This document shows positions 26,864 through 38,794 of a stretch of 64,000 nt of DNA, in pieces. The DNA comes from Heterodontus francisci (Eukaryota), in assembly GCF_036365525.1 (NCBI RefSeq), contig NC_090372.1, positions 168,083,771-168,147,770 of the forward strand, written 5' to 3'. The translations under genes were made by a program, and so were the position numbers. Each line of letters starts with the position of its first letter. Within the stretch, counting starts at the first letter, position 1. The notes under the pieces are model-generated. The model ran no database searches and was not told where the DNA came from. It worked only from the letters and a program-made list of their open reading frames with translations.

Positions 26864-26869
26864 TTTATT
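26864..26869 (-). terminator. Candidate SKIDA1 polyadenylation signal (3' UTR ~1.4 kb)
   Basis: AATAAA on the minus strand at the end of a TE-free, U-rich tract; other AATAAA candidates near 28005 and 26520. Confidence 0.4.
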
Positions 26870-28280
26870 TTAAACAACCATACTTATCTTGCATATCTCA
26901 GAGAACTAAAACGCTCTCATTGTGTGCAAAATACCTAATTAACATACTGTTTGCCAATCCGTGTAATTGTAATTCTTAAATTAAAATGCCATGTGAATTT
27001 ACCCCTTGCACTTCAAGCATTGTGTAAATAATAACATATTAGATTCCATAAAAATGAAACAAATGTGATCAAGCTACATCTACATTATTTGTGATTTTCA
27101 ATGCAAGGCTAAATTATATAATATTAGCAGTGCAAACTCCCTAGATTTTCTGGAATAAGCCCCTGACTACAGTACATAAAAGATGACTCACCCAATTCTT
27201 TGCAATGCAGCTTGCATTTTCGAGCTTCTATTTTTGTGTAAATGTAAATATGGTTGACTGATTGTCATTTGCAGCATTCCTGGTATGTCGATGAACCTTT
27301 GCTATCTACATCACATGCAGATTTAGTTTAGTTTCTTGCTGTTTTGTAAAAGTAAGTTACATGGTGGGCCACGTGCCTGCATTATTTCTTCATTGTCCTC
27401 AAATTAAATGTTAAAATCCAATGCTCACCAAAATTAAAAGTTCCTGGCTGTTGATTGATTCTGCGATTATATTCACTCTTTCAATAGTGATTTTTTGTTT
27501 GTTTGTATCTTAGTTACTTGTGTGAAAGTCTGTATAAAGTTAGGTCAGATGAAAACACTTATGAAACATTAACACTATAACTAGGGTTAATTTTGTAGCT
27601 ATTCTCAGAGTTCCAATGGTAAGCAGTTAAAGCAATTATTTTACGTTTAAGAACTAAAGACAACAGAGCTTTGAAATCAGTAACCTGCTTGCGCTTATCT
27701 ATCTAAACACCAATGATAGGGACTCTTTCAAGATAAAAGCTTATTTTATATAGAATGATCGCCATATTGACTCAGATGAAAGTACATTTTTCCTTTTTTA
27801 AGTTCAACACACAACTCATACTTTGCCACGGATCCAATACAGCATAATCAATCACTCAGGCAAAACATCAAGACATTTGCGATTTAAAACTGTAGTGCAT
27901 AAATTTAATGGCTCATTTCTAACATTTCACTATGTCGACTTCTGACATACAGTGTGCAGTAACCTTGTGGAGGTACTGACTTATAATTTGAACATTGAAA
28001 TAATTTTATTTAAATTGTTCGAAAACAACCGTAAACAACCTCAAAGTGACATTAGTAGTTCAGAAAGTGTACTGTGGAATGCCTCGGTCAGTAGATAGTA
28101 GTGTTTGATAAATCAAAAGAATAATCCACACGAAAGGTCTTTAGAACATCATTCCAACATGAAAATTTGCTGTATGTCGAGACTTAATATCCGGTCATGG
28201 CTCATGACAAAGAAAACAGGAAAGTACTTTTTAAATATAAATTTTCACAATCAGAAGTTTCCTTATCCAAAATATCTCTT

Positions 28281-30731
28281 TCATAAGTTAAATCGTCTGA
28301 ATTTATGGCTAGGCGGGAGAGGTATTACAGCACCACCCATCTGCCATTTCCACACAGGATGGGCCTTCTGAGGTGCTTCGGGATCCTTAGTAGAGTTCAA
28401 TGAATACGCAGGGCACAAATCCCCATCGTTGCCAATAATTAGTGACGGTGGAGAGGGAAAATTTGCCATGAAATTAAATGGCCTTTTCACCGTGGATGCT
28501 ACACCATTGGCTACTCGTTTACGTTTATTTGTACCAGCAAATTCTTCTAGTGTTCCATCATGCACATCTGTTTTACCTGTAAGACGTGGATTCTCTGATT
28601 TCACAGTTGTTTTGACTGACGAGCTTTGCAAAGTGTGCTGTTTCCCCAACACCAAAGTCCTGTAATTCCTTCTTATTCTTGCACCATTTCGAAATTCGCA
28701 GTCCTCTAATACTGGAATGTTTAAAGTGCGTTGATGGTCTTCGCTTCGTCTGGATGCGTTGTGGGAAGTTGTGGCTTTTTCAGTGCACACATGGCTTTCC
28801 TTTGCTCTTGTCGAAAAACAGTCTTGTATTTTATTTTCCCTTAAAGTGGTCACTGCTTGCTTCGATACATTGCACGCATACTTCAGTTTCTTTCTCGGCT
28901 GTTGTGCCACATATCCGTACTCTTCCTCACAGCTATTTTCTTCTAATTTTACTGTAATATTGTGCATAATTGCTTTCCCCATGTCTGCATTGTCACTCTG
29001 GATCTGAACGGTGGGGGCCTGACTGCTGTCCGTGTTTAAACTCTGGAAAGCTGAGGACAGTGCGATGAAATTGCCGATTTTCGATTCTTTTTCTACCTTT
29101 ACTGCTAATGGAGAATCGTTGTCTGCAGGCTCGGAAACTATTGTCACATTGTTTTCTTCTGCACAGTGTGATATAGATGCTCCGAGGCATTTCTTTGACT
29201 CTGTTAATGTTCTTTGTTGTGGAAACTCGGTGTTTCCCTTTGGGCTAGGTGCAGGGCCCCCTTTAGCACAGTTAATTGTCGATTCAGTCCTCTTTAGATA
29301 ATGTGAAATTTCAGAGTGTGGGAATGCAAGCTCAGATATCCTATCATTATTTATCTCGGCAAAGCAACTTCCATAGCCAGTTGAGCAGCATATGTTATGT
29401 GACTTAATAGTCCAGTTCTGCTCGTTTCTCTTAACAATAGTCGCGGACTTTAAATTACAATGGGAAGTTCTCCCTTCTAGGAGATCGCTACTGGCTGTTT
29501 CATACACTACATTATTGCTTTTGGCTTGGAACTGGTAGTGGAAACTCGGCTGCGTTAAGACGAGAGGTTTACTGCAGATGCTAGAGAAACTGGTGCGCCT
29601 GAATCGTATGCTTTGAACCGAAACTTGGCTGGAAACGGAGCTAGAATCAGATTCCGACGAGCTGTCCTCGTCACTGGCTGAGGTTACTTCGGAGGATTCG
29701 GACACCGAGTCCTCCTCGTCTTCGTCCGAAGAAGCTGAGTTGCTGGAACTCGATAAACTTGACCCGAAGTCCGAGTCGTTGCCTGCGCGATCAGAGAAGG
29801 AGCTCGACTCAGAATCGCTGCTGCAGCTTTCCTGCAAGGGCCCCTGGTTACAATGCAGTCCGCTGGCAACATGAAATTTATTCAAGCACTGATACCCTCC
29901 TTTAGTTTTGCAAGATTTCGGAGTCGCTGCGGCCAGCAAGACTCGCTTGGCGGTGTTTGAACTCCCCAAATGTTTTTGAGTGATTTCACACGAACTTTTG
30001 CGCCTGAAGTAATACGTCAAACCGGTAGAGTTTGGAGACTTAGGGTAGTAGGCGATGGCGGATTGGTAAAACACGGGATGCCTGCAAATCATGCTCCGAA
30101 ATAAGGAGTGATTTGTGTGAAATGCTACACAGTTACTTGATATTTCAGCAGTTTCGTAGTTTTGGGGGATTTTGCAATGTGATCGGATCATTTCAGTGTA
30201 ACTATGGCTGGTAAATTTGCTGTAGAATTGAGATAGATTGGAGGCCGGTAGCGAGCTGCCGTCTCCTTGCAGAGCCTTGCTCATTCCAGTCAAAGGCTGG
30301 GGTTTTCCATTCAAACTCAACCAAACTTTCTTCTCTTTCAAAAAACTTGCGTAGCGATTACTGGGGGTTTTCTCCTGGTTGAGTTCGGTTGATAACAAGG
30401 TTCTGTTTATTTTTCTCCTCTTGGTCTTAAGAACTCGTTCAGTTTTGCACGAAGTGTACAAGGCTTCCACGTCTTCCCGAGAAATTAGAGTGCATTTAGC
30501 TGCATGAAAAGCAATAGAATGTATTGCCTTGAGTTTTCTTAATTCTTCCAAATCGCAGTGATGTTTCTTCACGTTTAGATGGTCCATCCTTTTGTGTACG
30601 GTTGTCCTGGGTATATTTTTCAACAGATTGGTGAATACTTGGGAAAGCGCAAACATTTGTTTCCCCTTAATTATAAGATAACCAAGTCTCACGCCATCCA
30701 CCTCTTCATAACCCGACTCCAAGTCTCCCAT
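28281..30731 (-). CDS. SKIDA1: SKI/DACH domain-containing protein 1 (816 aa from the conserved Met; ORF extends to an in-frame ATG at 30773)
   Basis: N-terminal SKI/DACH-type domain MGDLESGYEEVDGVRLGYLIIKGKQMFALSQVFTNLLKNIPRTTVHKRMDHL; Ser/acidic block ending SSQVSVQSIRFRRTSF; C-terminus KRPFNFMANFP.PPSLIIG.DGDL.PAYSLN...WKWQMGG.VIPLPPSHKFRRFN; strong Kozak GAAATGG; uninterrupted ORF; adjacent to MLLT10 as in mammals. Confidence 0.97.
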   Translation of the reverse strand: MGDLESGYEEVDGVRLGYLIIKGKQMFALSQVFTNLLKNIPRTTVHKRMDHLNVKKHHCDLEELRKLKAIHSIAFHAAKCTLISREDVEALYTSCKTERVLKTKRRKINRTLLSTELNQEKTPSNRYASFLKEKKVWLSLNGKPQPLTGMSKALQGDGSSLPASNLSQFYSKFTSHSYTEMIRSHCKIPQNYETAEISSNCVAFHTNHSLFRSMICRHPVFYQSAIAYYPKSPNSTGLTYYFRRKSSCEITQKHLGSSNTAKRVLLAAATPKSCKTKGGYQCLNKFHVASGLHCNQGPLQESCSSDSESSSFSDRAGNDSDFGSSLSSSSNSASSDEDEEDSVSESSEVTSASDEDSSSESDSSSVSSQVSVQSIRFRRTSFSSICSKPLVLTQPSFHYQFQAKSNNVVYETASSDLLEGRTSHCNLKSATIVKRNEQNWTIKSHNICCSTGYGSCFAEINNDRISELAFPHSEISHYLKRTESTINCAKGGPAPSPKGNTEFPQQRTLTESKKCLGASISHCAEENNVTIVSEPADNDSPLAVKVEKESKIGNFIALSSAFQSLNTDSSQAPTVQIQSDNADMGKAIMHNITVKLEENSCEEEYGYVAQQPRKKLKYACNVSKQAVTTLRENKIQDCFSTRAKESHVCTEKATTSHNASRRSEDHQRTLNIPVLEDCEFRNGARIRRNYRTLVLGKQHTLQSSSVKTTVKSENPRLTGKTDVHDGTLEEFAGTNKRKRVANGVASTVKRPFNFMANFPSPPSLIIGNDGDLCPAYSLNSTKDPEAPQKAHPVWKWQMGGAVIPLPPSHKFRRFNL

Positions 30732-31019
30732 TTCGCCACCTAAATTATGTCCCGCATTCGCTGGAAAAAACATCGACTGCGGAATTCGACATTCCTCATG
30801 GCATCCTGTTTAAAAACACACATAATTATTGTTTCTGATACAGCTGATTAAGTAAAACTTTGGGAGATATTTAGTACATAACATATGGAATAATATATAT
30901 TTTAAAAAGCAGCATCGCGTGTTATTTATATGACGCTTAATTTCCAAGTTATGCGTATTGTTATACCTGCAATCTTTAATTTTTCCAAATACGCATAGAT
31001 ATACTGTACTACATAAGAG

Positions 31020-31345
31020 AGAATGAAGAGAGAGAGAGAGAGAGAATGCAGCTGCTATTCCCGCCGCTGCTTCTCCCACAAATAAGATGACAGAGTGAAG
31101 TGAGTTCGTCGGGAGACACCTTCATCAATTAATTCCCCTAAAGCCAGCTCTGATTGGATGCCACTGACAGGTGATGCAATAAAAATTGATATTCCACCCC
31201 CTTCCAAAAAGCCCCCACTAATTAGCATACCCTTACGCTCCCACCCTCTTGCTGAAGTAAATACAGTTAGTATGCAAATCTTTAATATATACACCACCAC
31301 CCCTCCGCACCAACCCCCCCCCCCCCCCCAACTCTCCGCCAAGGC
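31020..31345 (-). promoter_or_regulatory. Candidate SKIDA1 proximal promoter / 5' exon region
   Basis: CCAAT (minus, 31153-31157), TGACAG at 31165-31170, G-run tract on minus ~31290-31340, (CT)n tract ~31027-31044; candidate intron 30966-30806 (CAG|GTATAA ... TTTTTAAACAG|G). Confidence 0.45.
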
Positions 31346-34300
31346 AAAACATCATCCAAAAAAGCGCTCCAGCAGTCTCAAGCTACCTGGGTTATTTTAT
31401 GCAATTATTTCTTATGCCTTTCGACGTTGTAGATATAAATGTACATAAAAGAAGCCTGCACTTAATAGTTTTATACTTGACTTTCCACGGTGTTTAGGTC
31501 AGCTATTGCAATAGATTCAAAATATTTGCTGCACATATATGCATGTTGTATTTATTTGCAGAAAGGCAGTCTTCCACAGGCTTCCGGCGGCATTTATTCC
31601 TTGAAGTCAAAAGTTCTCGTCATCTTCCATAAGAAAGATATTAATAACATTTTGTGGTTTTAATATAAAATATATTTCATCCTTGGGGGAAAATCACCTT
31701 TCCCTATTCAGCATAGAGTTTGCACCAAAGACAGCTCAAGATTGAGCGCTCTTAAACAAATTGAATTTTATTTCTTATATATTGTCTATTTGGTTTATCA
31801 ACACGTGTTTAACAATCTGAAGGGGATAAAGCCCACAATATATCAGTATATAACAGAGTTCTAAAAGTATGTAATCGTGCATATAACATTTCCCTGTTAA
31901 CTGTTATTTGCGGAATGAGTTAGCAACCTTGCTTGAGCACAGCGTACGACATTAATGTTGGGCCAGCGTCTACAACTAGCTAAATGCAACGCTTATTTTC
32001 CCATTCTTCAAAACGTATAAACTGCGCCCATAGAATGAAGCCATTAACAGAGAACCACGTATTATCTGGAGCTTTCTAATTGCAGTAACTGAGGGGCATT
32101 GCAGAATATATTCATATATTTTTTAAAAATACTAATTTTAAAATTGCCCTCCGTTTCCGAAAGTGGAAAATTGTTCTTTAAAAATGCAGTTTTAAATGCG
32201 AGCGTGCAATTCCCCCTCCCACACACATACAAAGATCTCCATGTGATAAATATGGTATTGCAACAGTCCCTTACTGAATAAGACTAGTGAACTTCCTCGC
32301 AGTTCATACAGCAGATTAGCATAACATCTACAGCAAGGATCATAAACATGAATATCATAACACTGCATTCCCCATGTAACTATATATATAGTAAATTAAA
32401 GTCAGATTAACAAGTTTCTCGCTGCTACTGGATGAAAGCAGGGTAGATGGATCACACGTATTTTGTGCTTTTCGTAGAAATCCGTTTTCACAATGGCCAC
32501 CTCGCTATTAGAGAAGCAGGTATCTGGAAACTGCCATGAAGGCGGCCGCAACAATGTTAAACTTTATGTTTTACTGCGGCGAAGAAAAAGCAAATCGGAA
32601 CAGAGATTGAATATCTTAATAATTCAAGCTTCGTGAAGCTCTTTTGACCGGGCAGTTAAACATAAAGTGAGTCGATTGCTGGCAGCATGTAAAAATCTTA
32701 CACGGCAGTTGAGCGCTTTGACTAGGTATATAAGAAGCCTTGTACACGACTGCCAAGCACTATTCTTAAGGTGCAAAACCGAACATGGTACACTATAGAT
32801 CGCCAGAAAAGGTTTATACACAAACTTATAAACAATCCACGAGAAAGTCTGAAAATTAGTGCGACCCAGTGGAGATTAGGCGGAGTAGTAGCGTTATTTG
32901 CGGCGCAACAGTACTAGACTGCAGAAAGGGGCGATGGGTTACTGAAGCGATGAAAGGAAGCTAGTTATTTCTACAATCAAACTTCATTTAATGGTCAATG
33001 CACGAGACAACGCATCATTGCAGTCGACAAGCAGATCTTTAATGCTTCTTTATTAGCCTTCCGCTTAAACGGTTCTTGGTTTGTATGAATTCTTAGGTTC
33101 ACAGTATCATAAAATGTGTCAAAACACAGACTCATTCACAATAGTTGCGCTTCGCCCAAGCATAGGTCATCTTTACAGCCCAGCCTTCATCCCCATAAAG
33201 ATATATTGATTTTTATTAGAGGAATTCTGGATTACGATTTGCAAAAGACTCAACTGAAAATATAGAGACAAATACTACCTACATATGGCTTTTGCCATTA
33301 TTTAATATTCTGCAGACAGTACAATGGAATAATCATCAAATCGCTTTAAATTTATGCTAGCTGATGTAATGTATAAAACTTAATTATGGGGATAATAGGG
33401 CAAAACATGTAATGGCCGTCCATTTGGGGCACGCAAAGCATTTGGGGAACTCCTGTATATGCTAAAATGAGAACAACGAAGGCATATTTAATAATTTCTG
33501 CGTATAATTCACGAAATTACCGAACAATTACTGTCATTACTTGCATTTTATACAACCATTTTTTGCTGTTTAATTCTGCCATCAGTTTTTTTTTCACCAT
33601 CAATATTTGACAGAAAATGACAGGTCGCTCTTGCACATCACTAAACGTCGTATATTCAAGGCTGTTTAGGAACAAGGGGTTGAATCTGAAGAGAAGCTTT
33701 TCGAGGCCCCTCTATAAATACACGAAAGGCAGGTTGCCTCCGGATGGATTTACATGGCGAGCTGTTTCTTGTCACTAGCTACCAACATACATCATTGAAG
33801 AAGAGGAGTAAAAATCCTTGATTAAAATATAAGGAAAAATACACCAATGTATTTATACACCACACACAGTGGTTTTATATGTATTTTTATCCAACGTCTA
33901 GATGGCTGAATTGATAACAGCGAGACAGCACAGTAAGGTGGCTGCCTGTCATTTTAATCAAATATAAGACCATTGTAAATGATTTGATCCCAGCGACAGC
34001 AACATCCTTCATAGAACAACAATGATTGTTCTAATTACAATAGCAGGTGATCCCCGCAGATACATATGATTCTCTGTTTGATACATTGCACTTATAGTGC
34101 GGATAAATATAATTTGGAGTAGTGACAAAATAATTTTGAGGCATTAATATACTATATTCGGACATAAAAGAATTCACTTTTACAACAGTATATTTTCTGT
34201 ACGTCGGGACAAATGGGAAACAAAAAATAGTTGCAGATATAAAACCGTCAAACGAGATAGATACTCTCACAGTAGGGTAAATAATCAAACGTGATTTTCA

Positions 34301-37300
34301 CACACACAAAATATAATTTTGTAGTATTTTATATATTCAGATAAATACTGTTGCTTTATTTAAATTAAATTACGAACATATTTTAACTCACAAAGAACAG
34401 TAGAACTTAATGTGCTTGTTTTAAAACCCAACTGCCATCTGTGTTTGGATGAAATTGTACATCAACAGCTTCGATCTCACTTGTCAACAGATCTTATTTT
34501 TCAATTTTACCCCTAAATAAATAAAACAATCTAGCGGCCTGTTTAACTTCATATTGTGGAATGGTTCATGATTTTATTTTTGGTCAGAGGCCCCAGTCTA
34601 TTTTAATTCACCGCTATCAGAAAGAGACATGACTCACACATATGCATAATGATTTCTTGCTTTCCTCCTTGGTCAAAAAGCGTTTTATTCATCGAAATAA
34701 GCTTTTACAACCATGCAATCAGTTGTACCGTTGAAACTTGTACTTTAGAAAGTATGCTGTTTAGCATTGAAACAGTTTACAAGATTATGCAGTCACAATA
34801 TATAACGTATATTGATAAGATGGAAAAGCAGACGTTTTAATGACACACTTTATCGAATTAATGAGACTTTTATATCTCTAGTCAAAAAGTCCCGACATGT
34901 AGCAAACCAATAATCACATCAGAACGATCTGTTAATCCACAATTAATAGCAGGGTACATTTTAATATAGGATGGAATACCAAGAACAGTTAAGGGTTAGT
35001 ACAGGAAAACTATTTGAACTATATGGCACTAGGATGCGGCTGATATTGTACATCTGTTCAAGAAACATATAAGTTTTCACCAATCCTGTTCACTTATAAA
35101 CTATGGTAATTGTGTTTGCCTGTATGGCACACTGTTACAAAAACAACGAGCCTTACTGTGTGTGGTGCAGTATCACCTCTGTGATAAAATTTAAACACCG
35201 CGAAAAGTGACACTTTATAAATGCTTCAGTTGATGCTGAATATTTACATATTGTATCGTTTTACTGCAAATTCGTCACGAATTTTATAGTTTTTTTTAAG
35301 CAGAAAACATTTCAAAAAGAAAATTTTAGTTGGTTGTAAAATAAATGTTAACTGTGACTTGAACCGTCCAGGATGGCTTTCCATCAGGAATTTGTTCTAT
35401 TTTACTTGCATATAGACTGTATGCCAATTGTCTACTGACCCATAATCAAAATGTGTTGACCTTTCTACCCCTCTCCTGCCCCCTGACCTATCCCGAACTC
35501 AATGCAGCCTTTCTAAATTTGCAAAGCATTGAACATGCAAAGGGGGGCTGGGAGGCTTTGTTCTCGACAGACCGTAAGAGTGTGCATTCTGCTAAAAAGA
35601 AAGGACGCCCTTTCTTACTGATAATGGTTAAGCAAGAAAAAGCAGCTAAAGAGGGACCGTATTCCTCTCTCACAAGTATCAATGTTCAAGTAATAGGTAC
35701 CAAGAGAAATAAACTAAGAATTTAGAGTTTTCTACTGAACCAAGTGATCATGATAAAAAAAAATCAAACCAAGCAAGTTCGAGGTTTCAGCTTGCATCAA
35801 AGTCTGAATGTAGTATAAATCGGTTAAATGACGTAAGAAATGGTTAACTCGCAGTCAGTTGGCAAGAAGAAGTAATGTCAAAAATAGTATTATAATTTGG
35901 TGAGCTTGCCCTATATTGTCTGTTTTTAAAAACGGAAATACTTATTCAGAAACCTACATTAACCAATCAACTTAGGGGACACAGCAAGTACTTCAAGAAG
36001 ACTCAGATAGCTATAAACTAACAATTTGATATGAACATTAATGTACCAGCTGAAAAAAATGCACTTTCAAGACACTGAGTTATGCAATTTTGCTATGCTA
36101 ACCGACAAGAATAAAGATTGAAATTATATTACTATTAGTTGTATTGTAAACACTTAGCTTGTGCTGATAAGTATCATTTAAAATCCTAATCACATTATAA
36201 AATTCACGTGTAATTGGATTTTTAGAACGCGCAATTTGGAGTACAATTACTCTGTGAATGTGCAATAACCAACGATTAACAACATATAAAAACACAGACA
36301 GTTGCTTATGATCCAAACAAATTTCAACCTTCTTTCCAAACCTGCCATGTGTTTATAGATACATAATTGTTATGAAAATATGAACCTATCTCCAGTTTTA
36401 GTACATTATGATAAAGCAGAGCGAACCATTTCCATAGTTACACGGAATATTTACTTGGAAGTACAATTTACTTTTTCCTGGTTGAATTCACAATTCCATA
36501 CAGAATTAAAACTCTGCCGAGGTTTTTGAAAGCAGTCTGTTGATTGTGTCTCATAAGAAACAGAAACAAGATGATTTATTTCAAAACTAGAAAAATTGTT
36601 GCAACAATATTAATGGGACTTGGGGGCTGAGTCTTTACGATTTCTTTTTTCATTACAACTTAAGCTTAGAAGGCGTCGACTTAAATCAAAATTTAAACAA
36701 TTGCAGTGATCAAAGGTGAATAAAGATAAAAGTAAATTTTGAGGAAAAATATGTATTTTTCTGGGCTGTTAATGGAGCTGTAGACCACTTCCTTTGAAAG
36801 TTCGGCATTCAATTCGACTGGCAGCAGCAGAATTAGGATGGACTAGAGGGTCGTAACGTAACCGATTCAGAAGGCGGGGGTCTACATACTGCAACAACGT
36901 GCTCGGCAAGGCAGCCCTTAAAGAAACAACAAGATTAGGAAAATATGTAGTGCATTAAACACCGATTTCTATATTTATAGATACCGCTGAAGAGTTTCTT
37001 GAGATCTAATATGCATGGAAATACTTTTGTCGATTTTAAAGCGCAGAAGGTAAGCCATTTCCAAACATGCCGTTGTTGGGTTCGTGGGTAGCAAGGCAGA
37101 AACAAAGGGAATTCATTCTCGATCTCGAAAAGCAGTTGTACATTTCTAATTCATAATGGCGTAAGATACTTTAAGTAGCAAATACCTAGATTAAATATAA
37201 ATTTCATTTTGGAAGTTTTCAATCAGAATAAAGTTAGAAGCAAAAAATGTCCAAGAGCGGACAAAGCACATCTCAGAGGTTTCCCGCAGAAATAGGCTGG

Positions 37301-38019
37301 TTTTCGTGAATTCAACGCCTTAAAGTGACGCGGTATTCCCTTTTAATCTTTAAGTGTGCATATCAGAAGTAATGTTTTCAGCAATTTAGAGATTTTATTG
37401 CGATAAATTGAACATATATAGAGGATTACCAGGTTTGCAAATTCTGGCGTGGATGTATTCTGCTGACTTTATACACATTACTTAAAAAAAGAAATTCGCA
37501 ACATTACGTCCAATGTAAATCTTAACGTTATAACTGGTGGCATGGAAGTAGGATTAATGTAAAACACTTGAATTTTTAAATGCAAAGATCTCCGGAATTA
37601 GAATTAAAAGGTAGAATTTTCAGTGAAGCTTTTTTAAAAACATGTTTGCAATCAGCAATGTCTAAGGCAATGCATTGAGAAATTCCAGCGTCACCGTTTC
37701 TTTCCATTTTAGTATTATCGTTCCTTTTTTAAACGGTTTGACTCGAAAGTAAATTAACTTTAAAAAAATCTAATTAGTTTGATAGTTCCGTATTTTGGTT
37801 CTCCTTATAAACTTGCTAAATAAGATTATATTTTAACTTTAACTTGCAGCGCGATTTAACGAACCTACCGTGAACAGGGTGATAGCCTCAAAATGAATGT
37901 TTTTTTTTAATATATTCTTTGTGCTGTATCCCCCGGGATATTTAAAATTTAAAAGTTGTAGCAGATCCTTTATATATAAAAAAAACAAGAAAAAATTAAA
38001 CTATTTGTAACTTTCCACA

Positions 38020-38560
38020 TCCCCCCTCTGCGGCGATCTGCAACTACTTAGTCTGATTCACGTGGGTACCGATAGGTTGAGTAAGTCACCTTTAACCTTC
38101 GCTCGTTCCGGCTTTGGCTCATTTATATACCCACAATGCCCATTTAGTCCATCAATGCGCGCACGAGGAGGAGGAAAGATTTCTGTTTGAAAAAAAACAG
38201 CAGCACCGGAAGCTGAAATCCCCATTTCGAAAAAAAGCCCCGTCGTGTTCTGGAATGGCTGATTGAACGCCTAAACGGGAGCAGCGTATTGGTTCGCAAG
38301 CTGTCAATCATGAGAAATCTACTCCCTCCCCCCGCGTCAAACAAACAAACAAACACACACATACACAACCAGAGAGTTGCAGGCTCGCGCAGTTTCCGTT
38401 ATCAGTTTCGGTTGCGCGTGAACATTCTCGCGCATTGCCCCCCCAGTTTGAATTTCGTTATATCCGCGTGGGTCGTCAGTGCGCCTGCTCGAGCTGTCGG
38501 CCAGCCTGAGCTTCAGCGGTGTGTGTCACCCTCCACCCCACCCCCCCCCCCCCCACACCA
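38020..38560 (+). promoter_or_regulatory. MLLT10 CpG-rich promoter and probable non-coding exon 1
   Basis: High CpG/CGCG density; E-box CACGTG 38059-38064; ETS-type CCGGAA at 38206 and TTCCGG at 38106; ATTGG 38288-38292; TGATTGACAG (minus) 38301-38310; candidate donor CG|GTGTGT at 38519. Confidence 0.7.
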
Positions 38561-38649
38561 CACGTCAACATGGGTCAACAGCAATGTGGGACGTGAATTT
38601 AAAAATACGAATCTTCTCCCCTCTACTCTCTTTCCTCTTCTACTCGTAG

Positions 38650-38794
38650 ATGGTTTCAAGTGGACTTCCGGCTGACTTTTCAAATATGAAGGAGATGATT
38701 GGCGGCTGTTGCGTTTGCTCAGACGAGAGAGGCTGGGCTGAGAACCCCCTCGTTTACTGTGACGGACACGGTTGTAATGTTGCTGTTCATCAAG
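38650..38794 (+). CDS. MLLT10: MLLT10 (AF10) first coding exon, start of PHD1
   Basis: Polypyrimidine tract + TAG|ATG; encodes MVSSGLPADFSNMKEMIGGCCVCSDERGWAENPLVYCDGHGCNVAVHQ; 145 nt; donor G|GTAAAA. MVSS/MKEMIGG start and SKIDA1 synteny favour MLLT10 over MLLT6. Confidence 0.96.

Noticed and set aside
28429-29872. Short antisense and alternative-frame ORFs overlapping SKIDA1
   Set aside because: Shadow ORFs of the long coding frame; no independent evidence
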